From Candidatus Multivorans sp. (lineage in GTDB: Bacteria > Acidobacteriota > Thermoanaerobaculia > Multivoradales > Multivoraceae), in the NCBI GenBank assembly GCA_965224025.1, contig OZ245033.1:1856001-1920000 (forward strand): a DNA stretch of 64,000 nucleotides, in the 5' to 3' direction. The notes beneath the pieces were generated by a model. It searched no databases, had not been told where the DNA came from, and worked only from the letters and a program-made list of their open reading frames with translations. This document shows, one piece after another, positions 1 through 8,220 of the stretch; within the stretch, counting starts at the first letter, position 1; each line of letters starts with the position of its first letter. The position numbers and the translations under genes were made by a program.

Positions 1-59
1 CGGTAGGTGAGCCATCGAGTGCCCCTTGGCCGGCTGGCAGGTCAGAAGTCACCAACAAC

Positions 60-551
60 TCAGCCCAGATCGTAGACGACATCGTATCGATGCCGGTGCA
101 GCGGCGTCCGCCTGCTCCTACTCCGTGCGTTGGGATCCGCACCGCTGGCAAGCAGCGCTCGTATGGCACCAAGTTCCATCACGAGGTGCAGCGGTGTCTC
201 CCCCGAATCATCCCGAGCATCCGGATCGGCTCCGCCAGCAATCAGAGCCTTCACAACGTCCGATCTTCTCGCCTGATGCAACGGCGTTCTACCCGCATCA
301 TCCCGAATATTCGGGTCGGCCCCGCCAGCAATGAGGCTCCGAACCACCCCGGCAGCCGGCCAGTCGTCGTCCGGAAACGCCGCCTCTGTTGCGTCGTGCA
401 GCGGTGTCTCGCCGAACTCATTCCGCCCGTTCGGGTCAGCCCCACCAGCGATCAAGGCTTCTACCTCTTCCGGCGCTGACACGCCGTGCAGAGGCGTATC
501 TCCGTATCGATCGTCCAAGTCCGAAGCCTCGCCGCTCGGTTTACACACCAA
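60..551 (-). CDS. Ankyrin-repeat protein
   Basis: Repeated G-x-TPLH ... LIAGGADPN units (GDTPLH, GETPLH, GRTPLH, GETPLH, RRTPLH). Both ends look ragged and the start is uncertain. Confidence 0.85.
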   Translation of the reverse strand: MVCKPSGEASDLDDRYGDTPLHGVSAPEEVEALIAGGADPNGRNEFGETPLHDATEAAFPDDDWPAAGVVRSLIAGGADPNIRDDAGRTPLHQARRSDVVKALIAGGADPDARDDSGETPLHLVMELGAIRALLASGADPNARSRSRRTPLHRHRYDVVYDLG

Positions 552-711
552 TCAAGCTGCCCGTCGACTGAAGAGGTAGACGCGCAAGCTGTCCCCCTGA
601 AACAACAAGCCTCAAGAATACCGCCGAAGGCGATCTGGCGACCGTCCAATCGCCCCGCTCAGCAATGTCCGCGGCCGCAACTGCAGCACGGAAAGACCCG
701 AGTTCGTCGGC

Positions 712-2052
712 TCAGTCCGCGGAACCTCCAAGCGCCCAGGCATAGGCCGGTTGAGCTGTTACGTCATCCGGCAAGGTCGGCGGTGTGCCGTCTCGATGGA
801 GGGTGAGCAGGAGCTTGCGGGCATCAGGAAACGCCTCCCCCGCCGCCTCAAGAGCCCGCATTTCCCGCTCAGCGGTAACCGGATCCGATGCGTCGGCGCA
901 GACCTGAATGAGTTCGCGCCGTCTATCGGCAGAGCGGACCAGGAAGTCGACCTCGTATCCCTTTCTGGTTCGAACATAGGTCACGTCGAGCCGCCTGCGC
1001 TCGAGCTCGACCAGAACGGCCGTTTCCAGGGCATGCCCGACGTTCGCACGCCCAGTGCGGTCGAATAGCGGGATCAGCCCCGTATCGACCGGATACACCT
1101 TGCGCGGATTGACCATGCGCTGCCGTTCCGAGCCCGACTCCATCCACACCACGCGGACGAGAAAGCAGTCCTCCAGGTAGCCGACAAACCGATGCACCGT
1201 GTCCCGCGCGATCGCGAGCCCCTGCGACTTGACCGCAGCATGGAACTTCTCGACACTGAACAGACTGCCGGCGTTGCCGAGCAACTGCCGGACGAGCCAC
1301 CGCAACCCGGTGACGTTGCTGACGCTGTGACGTTCCACTACGTCGCGCAGGATGGCCACGTCCACGTAGTCGCGGAGCAGTTGCTGCCTTGAGGCGGCGT
1401 CGAGGCCTTGCGCCTCCGGGAATCCTCCGGTAGCAAGCCAGGCAGAGAAAGCTCGCTCCAGGCGTAGTCGCTCGTCCCGAGGCAAGGTCTCCAAGTCGGG
1501 CGGAGCCGCGATGCCCTGGTGGCGAATGGCCTCCTCGAAACTGAAGGGGTGGATCAGCACCTGCCAAGCGCGACCGCGAAGCGCAGTGGCGATCTCCCGC
1601 GACAGAAGCGCCGCCGACGAACCGGAGACGAACACCTGCACATCACGGGTGTCGAGCAACCTCCGCACGAAGCGCTCCCAACCCGGCACGAGATGCACTT
1701 CGTCGAAACACCACATGACCGGTGCACGATCCGGTCCCGCCGCCGATAGTCGGTCGTACTCGTTGAGAAGGAGATCGAGGTGTCGGGTCTCCAGCCCTGT
1801 CAACCGGTCATCCTCGAACGACAGGTAGGGCACACGGAACGGCGCTTCGCCTTTCGGCGTCCACTCCCGCCGGAGTTGGTGAAGAAACGTCGTCTTGCCG
1901 GCCCTCCGCATCCCCACCACAGCGGTGACCTTGCCGGGAAACCGCGTGCGCCCGGACACACGTCGGGGCGTGTGGGAGGGCGGCGAATTCCGTAACGACT
2001 CCGCGAGTAACTCCGAGAGCACCTGTCGGAGCTGAGTTGGCACGACTTCCAC
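712..2052 (-). CDS. AAA+ ATP-binding protein (AAA_14 / DUF4143 family)
   Basis: Walker A GMRRAGKT, Walker B CFDEVH, SGSSAALLS, TGGFPE, KVYPVDTG, YEVDF ... IQVC C-terminal nuclease-like motif. Confidence 0.9.
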   Translation of the reverse strand: MEVVPTQLRQVLSELLAESLRNSPPSHTPRRVSGRTRFPGKVTAVVGMRRAGKTTFLHQLRREWTPKGEAPFRVPYLSFEDDRLTGLETRHLDLLLNEYDRLSAAGPDRAPVMWCFDEVHLVPGWERFVRRLLDTRDVQVFVSGSSAALLSREIATALRGRAWQVLIHPFSFEEAIRHQGIAAPPDLETLPRDERLRLERAFSAWLATGGFPEAQGLDAASRQQLLRDYVDVAILRDVVERHSVSNVTGLRWLVRQLLGNAGSLFSVEKFHAAVKSQGLAIARDTVHRFVGYLEDCFLVRVVWMESGSERQRMVNPRKVYPVDTGLIPLFDRTGRANVGHALETAVLVELERRRLDVTYVRTRKGYEVDFLVRSADRRRELIQVCADASDPVTAEREMRALEAAGEAFPDARKLLLTLHRDGTPPTLPDDVTAQPAYAWALGGSAD

Positions 2053-2055
2053 GAC

Positions 2056-2110
2056 ATTCTCCGTCTACGGAGGAGAATATGCCACGAAGTTCTCCCTTCG
2101 ACAAGGAGAA
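2056..2110. promoter_or_regulatory. Twin palindromic operator-like sites TTCTCC-N9-GGAGAA upstream of the AAA ATPase
   Basis: ATTCTCC-gtctacgga-GGAGAAT at 2056-2078 and TTCTCC-cttcgacaa-GGAGAA at 2090-2110, 33 bp apart, next to the GTG start at 2052. Confidence 0.6.
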
Positions 2111-2168
2111 TCTGACTCCCACCAGAAACACTCTTCCCTTGCCGGAACGGAGGCCGGCGAGTCCGGCC

Positions 2169-2936
2169 CTATCTGACGGGGTCCATGTCGAGTTCCAGGC
2201 GGTCGAAGAACTCGATGCGGTTCGGCATCGTCGCCTGGATCGTCTCGGCCATGTCGCGGGAGATCCGCTCTGAACGGTGTCGAACCGCGAAGAACGGCCC
2301 GAAGCTCTCGGCGACGTCTTCCCTATGAGAGTGCTCGCGAGCGTAGTCGGAGACAAATCCGCCGTCCGCGTCCTGCGCGGCGAGCCAGGCGGCGGCGTCC
2401 GCATGGACCGGATCCAGGGAGGTGTGCGCCGCTTCGTGCATCAGGATCTCCTCCAGCACACCGTCGCGCAGATACTCCGCGGCCTTTCCTGTATGGATCA
2501 GGATGTTGTCGTTGCCGCCGCCGAAGGGCACGACGCCCCGGTGGATCCACACGGTTTCGACCCGCGTTCGCAGGCCCGCCGGCAGTTGGCCGATGGCGCG
2601 TGCATAGAAGGCCCCGTGGCGCTCGGCCAGATCGGCATCGCCGAACTCCGCGTTGACCTGCACCTCCACGGCCGTGGCGCCCTCGTAGGTGGCGTTGAAC
2701 AGGTAGGCATCGGTCAGCACGAAAGCGTCCGCGCGACGATCGAACATCCTGCGCATGTCGCGACCCGCGTAGTCGAGACCCCGCAGCGTCGACGGGTCTG
2801 ACGCGGCGATGAGGTCGGGGTCGATGAAAGCCGTGCCCCGGTAGGGCGGCTGCCGCGGCGCCGGCGCCGGCCCCGCGCAAGCGAAGCAGAGCAGCAGAAC
2901 GGCGGCAAGGTCGGCTCCCGGTCGCGAGTGGAACAC
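2169..2936 (-). CDS. Putative lipoprotein with zincin HExxH motif
   Basis: Hydrophobic N-terminus ending LLLCFAC; EEILMHEAAH and downstream REDVAESF. Start set at GTG 2936 because the longer ORF overlaps the upstream gene. Confidence 0.65.
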   Translation of the reverse strand: MFHSRPGADLAAVLLLCFACAGPAPAPRQPPYRGTAFIDPDLIAASDPSTLRGLDYAGRDMRRMFDRRADAFVLTDAYLFNATYEGATAVEVQVNAEFGDADLAERHGAFYARAIGQLPAGLRTRVETVWIHRGVVPFGGGNDNILIHTGKAAEYLRDGVLEEILMHEAAHTSLDPVHADAAAWLAAQDADGGFVSDYAREHSHREDVAESFGPFFAVRHRSERISRDMAETIQATMPNRIEFFDRLELDMDPVR

Positions 2937-2946
2937 GGCCGTTGGC

Positions 2947-4176
2947 TCAGACGATGCGAACTTCCGGCACGGGCAGGATGAACTTGCCGCCGCGTCGACG
3001 GAACTCGGCCTGCTGGGCGAGGATCTCATCCTTGAAGTTCCAGGCCAGGAGGAGTACGTGGTCCGGCGACGGTTCCTCCAGGAGTCGCTCCGGCGCGACG
3101 ATCGGGATGTGGGAGCCCGGGGTGTAGCGGCCTTGCTTGAGCGGACTGCGATCCGCGATGAAGTCGAGCAGGTCCGGGCCCAGCCGCAAGTACTCAAGCA
3201 GCGTGCTGCCCTTGGCCGGCGCGCCGTAGCCGGCTAGCCCGCGGCCGTCGGCCTTGAGGCCGCGGAGACAGTCCACGACTTCGGTCTTCAGGCGGTCGAC
3301 CCGGGCCGCGAACGCGCGCCAAGTCTCGAACCGGTCGATGCCGAGCTTCCGTTCCGCCGCCAGGACCTCGGCGACACTTTCGTCCACCTCGCCCTCACCG
3401 CGGCGGATCACCGTGGCCCGAAGCTGGCCGTGGTGGATCGGCAGCCTCTCCGCGCGGACCACCTCCATGCCGTGGTCCTCGAAGAGCCGGATCATCGGTC
3501 CGAGCGCCCAGTAGGAGACGTGCTCGTGGTACACGGTGTCGAACGCGAGCTGGTCCAGCAGGTCGACCAGGTAGTGCGCCTCGAGAACGAAGGCGCCGCC
3601 CGGCGCAAGGACGGCGTCGAGGCCGGCGACGAAGCCTCTCAAGTCGGGGATGTGCGGGAACGTGTTCGTCGCGGTGACGAGCGCCGCCCGGCCCCAGCGA
3701 TCCGCGATCTCGCCTGCGGTGTCCACGCCGAAGAACCCCTGGTAGCGCTCGATGCCGGTATCGCGGCTGAACTCGGCCAGGTTCTCGGCCGGATCCACGC
3801 CGAGGGTACGGGCGCCGCGGTCGCGGAAGCTGCAAAGGAGGGAAGCGTCGTTGCAGCCGATGTCGATGACGAGGCCGCCATCAGCCAGGCCGTGGCGCGC
3901 GGCCAGCGTGATCGCCAGGTCGTCGAAGTGAGCGCGGAGCGTGTCGGAGGCGGACGACACGTACAGGTAGTCCGTGAACATCGCCTCCGGCGGCACGCGT
4001 TCGACGAGCTGGACGTGGCCGCAACCGTGGCAGAAGCCAACTCGCAGCGGGAAGCGCGGTTCGGGGCGGCTCAGATCCCCGGCGCTCGGGAACTTGTTCG
4101 CGAGCGCGGTGTTGCCCAAGTCGAGAAAGTCCTCGACCGACGGCTCGGCACAGACGAGACAGACCGAGTCAGCCAT
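2947..4176 (-). CDS. NDP-sugar C-methyltransferase (class I SAM, Zn-binding N-terminus)
   Basis: CLVC ... CHGCGHVQL zinc site, DIGCND, FDTVYHEHVSY, GYGAPAKG, LLAWNFKDEI: typical of the NovU/TylC3-like family. Confidence 0.9.
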   Translation of the reverse strand: MADSVCLVCAEPSVEDFLDLGNTALANKFPSAGDLSRPEPRFPLRVGFCHGCGHVQLVERVPPEAMFTDYLYVSSASDTLRAHFDDLAITLAARHGLADGGLVIDIGCNDASLLCSFRDRGARTLGVDPAENLAEFSRDTGIERYQGFFGVDTAGEIADRWGRAALVTATNTFPHIPDLRGFVAGLDAVLAPGGAFVLEAHYLVDLLDQLAFDTVYHEHVSYWALGPMIRLFEDHGMEVVRAERLPIHHGQLRATVIRRGEGEVDESVAEVLAAERKLGIDRFETWRAFAARVDRLKTEVVDCLRGLKADGRGLAGYGAPAKGSTLLEYLRLGPDLLDFIADRSPLKQGRYTPGSHIPIVAPERLLEEPSPDHVLLLAWNFKDEILAQQAEFRRRGGKFILPVPEVRIV

Positions 4177-4265
4177 TCGATCGACCCAGAATGCGGGCCA
4201 GAAGGCCCGCGCACCCAGAGATACGGCGTCGGCTCTGACTGACTTCTTTGTTGGACACGAAGACG

Positions 4266-5273
4266 TCAGCCATGGTGGAACGGCGCCACGAGCTGTGAGC
4301 CGTGCGATTCATGGCCGACGGGCAGTTCGAACAGGTCGCCCAGGGCCGCACGCACCGCGGCCTGCCGATCGGGCGGCACGACGAACAGCAGGAAGCCGCC
4401 GCCGCCGGCGCCGCAGAGTTTGCCTCCCAGGGCGCCGGCCGCCATCGCCGCGTCGTACCAACCGTCGATCAGCGGTGTCGTGATCGATCCCGCAAGTTCC
4501 CGCTTCATTCGCCAGCCCCGGTCAAGCAGCCGGCCGATCCCCTCGATGTCGATCTCCCCGGCGCCAAGGTCCCGGTGCAGGTCGCGCGCCTGATCGCGCA
4601 TGCGGCACAGCGAGTCGAGGTTCAGCTCGGTGCGGTCGTCCTGCTCGGAGAGCACCGCGCTCGCGTCGCGCTGGTGTCCGGTCCAGAACATGAGCACGGA
4701 CTGGAACAGCTCGCGCAACCGGTCGCCCGGAATCCGCAGGTGCTCGACCGTCACGCCGCCGTCCGGCTTGAACGACAGCAGGTTGAGCCCGCCGTAGGCC
4801 GCCGCGTACTGGTCCTGCTTGCCGATCCGTTCGCCCAGGACATCGATCTCGATGTGGCAGGCCTCCTCAGCCAACTGGCCCGCCGAGGCGCGCTCGCCCC
4901 TGTAGGAGTAGAGAGCGTTCAGCAGGCCCACGGCGAAGGCGCTCGAACCGCCGAGCCCAGTGGACGCCGGCACGTCGCCGACGGTGGAGATGTAGACCGG
5001 CGGATCGACGCCCAGGAAGCGCAGGCACTCCCGGGCGATGTTGTTGTCCAGTTCATCGATCCGTTCGACCTGTTCGCTGCGCGAGTAGTTGACGCGGACC
5101 GGCTCGAAGAACAGCTCGCTGTGACGCTTCACCGTGACGTAGACGTAGCGGTCGATCGTCGTCGACAGGACGGCGCCGCCCTCCCGCCGGTAGAAGGCCG
5201 GCAGGTCGGTGCCGCCGCCCACCAGGGACACCCTGAGCGGCGTACGGGTAACGATCAGGCGCGATGCGTCCAC
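4266..5273 (-). CDS. hddA: GHMP kinase, D-glycero-alpha-D-manno-heptose-7-phosphate kinase-like
   Basis: TPLRVSLVGGGTD, PASTGLGGSS, GKQDQYAAAYGG, GKLCGAGGGGF. Confidence 0.85.
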   Translation of the reverse strand: MDASRLIVTRTPLRVSLVGGGTDLPAFYRREGGAVLSTTIDRYVYVTVKRHSELFFEPVRVNYSRSEQVERIDELDNNIARECLRFLGVDPPVYISTVGDVPASTGLGGSSAFAVGLLNALYSYRGERASAGQLAEEACHIEIDVLGERIGKQDQYAAAYGGLNLLSFKPDGGVTVEHLRIPGDRLRELFQSVLMFWTGHQRDASAVLSEQDDRTELNLDSLCRMRDQARDLHRDLGAGEIDIEGIGRLLDRGWRMKRELAGSITTPLIDGWYDAAMAAGALGGKLCGAGGGGFLLFVVPPDRQAAVRAALGDLFELPVGHESHGSQLVAPFHHG

Positions 5274-5295
5274 GTCTACGTCGGTTCCCGTTGTC

Positions 5296-5745
5296 TCAGC
5301 CGTGCTGGAGGGCCCAGTCGTAGGGGATCCGGTCGGTGAACGGATCGAGCCGCTCCATCTCGTCGGGATCGTGCGGCTCGGTGGCGGCGTTGGCCATGAT
5401 CACCTGGCTTTCGCCGTACGCCTTGTAACCGTTGGCGATCCCCGGCGGAATCTGCACCAGGACGTAGTTGTCCTCGCCGAAGAAGACCTCCTGGAGTTCG
5501 CCGCGGGTCGGCGAATCCTCGCGCAGGTCATACATCACGAGCTTGGCCCGGCCGCTGACAACCGCGTTGTTCACGGTCATCGACCGGTGGATGTGCCAGG
5601 CCTTGATCGTCCCCGGCCAGACGGTCGAGAAGTAGATCTCGCCGAAGCCGAGGAAGTGCTCGTCGGTGGCCTTCAGCATGTGCATGATCTTGCCCCGCTC
5701 GTCGACGATCTGACGAAGCGGAACCACCTTGACGCCGTGGATCAT
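5296..5745 (-). CDS. RmlC-like NDP-sugar 3,5-epimerase (cupin)
   Basis: DERG, FGEIYFS, KAWHIH, YDLREDSPT, IPPGIANGY. Confidence 0.85.
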   Translation of the reverse strand: MIHGVKVVPLRQIVDERGKIMHMLKATDEHFLGFGEIYFSTVWPGTIKAWHIHRSMTVNNAVVSGRAKLVMYDLREDSPTRGELQEVFFGEDNYVLVQIPPGIANGYKAYGESQVIMANAATEPHDPDEMERLDPFTDRIPYDWALQHG

Positions 5746-6827
5746 CCCTTGCCCTCCGGTTGTCTCTCCCCACCCGCGGCGCCGGCATCCCAGCGCAACG
5801 AGCCGTCCAGCCGCCCCGATTCGATCAGGTGGTTGAGCCAGCGCAGCCGGACGAAGCGCCGGTCGCCGTACAACGCCGCATCGAGGCCGATCCGGCGATA
5901 GTCATCGATCAACTGTGCCGCTCCGCTCGCCGCGTCCCACCGGAACTCGAAGTCCGGAAAGGCGCGGGCGAACTTCTCGAACGAGGCGCGGTAGGTGCGT
6001 TGGTCGGCGCCGGGTTCGCCGCGGACCTCCAGGTCGCAACCGGGCACCAGGTCGGCCGCGATCTCCGCGAGTTCGATTACGCGGTGGTTCAGGTGGTCGG
6101 CGCCCGTGTTGAAGGCCTCGTTGTGCACCACCGAGAGCGGCGCCTCGAGCACCCGGCAGAAGGCCGCCGCCACGTCCCCCACGTGGACCACCGGCCGCCA
6201 GGGTTTGCCGTCGCCGTAGACGACGACGCGTTTGTTCGCAAAGGCGGCGCCGGTCAGGTCGTTCAGGACCGTGTCGAAACGCATCCGCGGCGACAGACCG
6301 TAGACGGTGCCGTTGCGCAGGAAGGTGGGCGAGAAACCGTCGCTCGCCAAGTCGCGAATCGCCTCCTCGCTCTTGACCTTCGACCTCGCGTACAGGGTCC
6401 GCGGGTCGAGCGGCGAGGTCTCGTCGACGATCTCCGCGCTCGACTGGCCGTACATGATGCAGGACGAAGAGAACAGGAAGCGGCGTACGTCCGCCTCCCG
6501 CGCCAGTTCCGCGAGGCGCACCGAGGAGCGGTGGTTGATCTCCTCCGTCCAGGTCTCGTCCAGGTTGCCGATCGGGTCGTTCGACAGCGCCGCGAGATGG
6601 ATCACGGCGTAGAACGCGCGCAGGTCCGCCGGCACGAGGTCCCGAATGTCCTTGTCGATGGAAGGAATCGGCTGCGGTTCGGCCGTAATCGCGCAGTCGT
6701 CGAAGTACCCGACATCGAGCCCCACGACGTCGTAGCCGCGCTCCACGAGAAGCGGCGCCATGACCGAGCCGAGGTAGCCGCGGTGACCCGTGACCAGAAC
6801 CGGCCGGCGGACGAAGGCCGACCTCAT
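5742..6827 (-). CDS. NAD-dependent epimerase/dehydratase (extended SDR)
   Basis: VLVTGHRGYLG, HLAALSNDP, SSSC, YARSK, GDGKPWRP; ATGA overlap with the upstream gene at 6824-6827. Confidence 0.9.
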   Translation of the reverse strand: MRSAFVRRPVLVTGHRGYLGSVMAPLLVERGYDVVGLDVGYFDDCAITAEPQPIPSIDKDIRDLVPADLRAFYAVIHLAALSNDPIGNLDETWTEEINHRSSVRLAELAREADVRRFLFSSSCIMYGQSSAEIVDETSPLDPRTLYARSKVKSEEAIRDLASDGFSPTFLRNGTVYGLSPRMRFDTVLNDLTGAAFANKRVVVYGDGKPWRPVVHVGDVAAAFCRVLEAPLSVVHNEAFNTGADHLNHRVIELAEIAADLVPGCDLEVRGEPGADQRTYRASFEKFARAFPDFEFRWDAASGAAQLIDDYRRIGLDAALYGDRRFVRLRWLNHLIESGRLDGSLRWDAGAAGGERQPEGKG

Positions 6828-8047
6828 CCAGCCACCGCCGTCCTGCCTGCCGCGTGGAGGCCCAGCAGTCGCTCGGCGTGCGCGAGCAGCGGTTCGCTCT
6901 CGGTGACCAGGCCGAACGGGCAGCCTGCCGCGTCGGCCGCCTGACCGTCGCGCTCGTCGTCGCCCAGAAAGGTCGTCCTGGTGAGATCGAGGTGATGATC
7001 GCGCTGCGCCTGGAACAGCATTCCCGGCGCCGGCTTGCGGCAGGCGCAACCCTCGTCCCAGCCGTGAGGACAGAAGTAGATACGGTCGATCCGTCCACCC
7101 GCGGCCTCGGCCTCGCCGCACAGGCGTCGATGCACCGCCGCCAGGTCGTCCAGCGTCATCCGGCCGCGGGCGACGCCGGGCTGATTCGACACGACGAGCA
7201 CCCGCCATCCGGCCCGGTTGAAGGCGGCGAGCGCCTCGCGGGCGCCCGGCAGCCAGCGCAGTTCCTCCGGTCGGCAGACGTACTCCGCCCGCGCCGGGCG
7301 CACGTTGAGCACCCCGTCACGGTCCAGGATGATCGTCGGCGAACGGGCGAAGAAGGCCTCGGTCAGCGGCAGGCGCTCGTGACCGCCGACGCTGTAGTAG
7401 CGGTGCTCGCTCCAGTAGGCGTGGAGCTCGCCGCGCGCCGTAAGGGCCGGGTAAACCGCCTCCTCGAACAGCTCCTGGTGGTCCGGCAGCAGTGGCAGCA
7501 CGGACGCTTTCCCCAGGATCGCGTAGCTGATCTCGACTCCGCTCAGTCCCGGGGTCGTCCGGCCCCGGTCGAAGACCGTCACGAACCCGTCCTCGCCCAC
7601 GATCACGCTGTCCCGCGTGTAGCCGTCCGCGTTCGCATAGACGGTGATCTGCGCCGGGGCGCCGGAGTCCACGTAGGCCCGCCACATGCGATCGAACTGC
7701 ATCGGCCAGTAGTTGTCGCAGTACAGGAGCAGAAACCGGTCGTCAAGTTGATCGGCCGCGTCCTCCACCCGAAACGCGGTCAGATCGTCCGCGGCCGTCA
7801 CCCGGTAGCTGATCTCGACGCCGTACTCCGAGCCGTCACCGAAGTGGTCGATCATCGCGTCCGCCATGTGGCCGAGCAACAGCAAGACGTGGTCAAAGCC
7901 CTGTTCGCGAAGCATCTCGATCACGTAGCCGAGGAAGGGTTTGCCTTGGAACGGGATCAGCGCCTTGGGCAGATTGTCCGTCAGCGGCGCCAGACGGGTA
8001 CCCCGCCCGCCGGCCAGGATCACGGCCTGGGTGGGTCGAGAGTGCAT
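6824..8047 (-). CDS. Fused sugar-1-phosphate nucleotidyltransferase (HddC-like) and HAD heptose-bisphosphate phosphatase (GmhB-like)
   Basis: N-terminal LAGGRGTRLAPLT..PK; C-terminal LDRDGVLN, VSNQ, CPH..CACRKP, GDDERD. Confidence 0.88.
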   Translation of the reverse strand: MHSRPTQAVILAGGRGTRLAPLTDNLPKALIPFQGKPFLGYVIEMLREQGFDHVLLLLGHMADAMIDHFGDGSEYGVEISYRVTAADDLTAFRVEDAADQLDDRFLLLYCDNYWPMQFDRMWRAYVDSGAPAQITVYANADGYTRDSVIVGEDGFVTVFDRGRTTPGLSGVEISYAILGKASVLPLLPDHQELFEEAVYPALTARGELHAYWSEHRYYSVGGHERLPLTEAFFARSPTIILDRDGVLNVRPARAEYVCRPEELRWLPGAREALAAFNRAGWRVLVVSNQPGVARGRMTLDDLAAVHRRLCGEAEAAGGRIDRIYFCPHGWDEGCACRKPAPGMLFQAQRDHHLDLTRTTFLGDDERDGQAADAAGCPFGLVTESEPLLAHAERLLGLHAAGRTAVAG

Positions 8048-8220
8048 CGTTGGATCGACGGTGAACTGCTTGACGGTGCGGTTCTTCTTCGCGGGCGCGG
8101 CGAGGAGGTCCTGTCCTTGGCACCCGAGGCGCAGAGCCGAACCCGCGCGCCAGCGAGCCTACCAACGACCATGGAGACGGAGCCCGGCGACCACCGACTG
8201 GTAGTTTCCGAGCGTCGACC

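Noticed and set aside
4169-4273. TIR-domain start (MADVFVS)
   Set aside because: Only seven residues resemble TIR and nothing follows.
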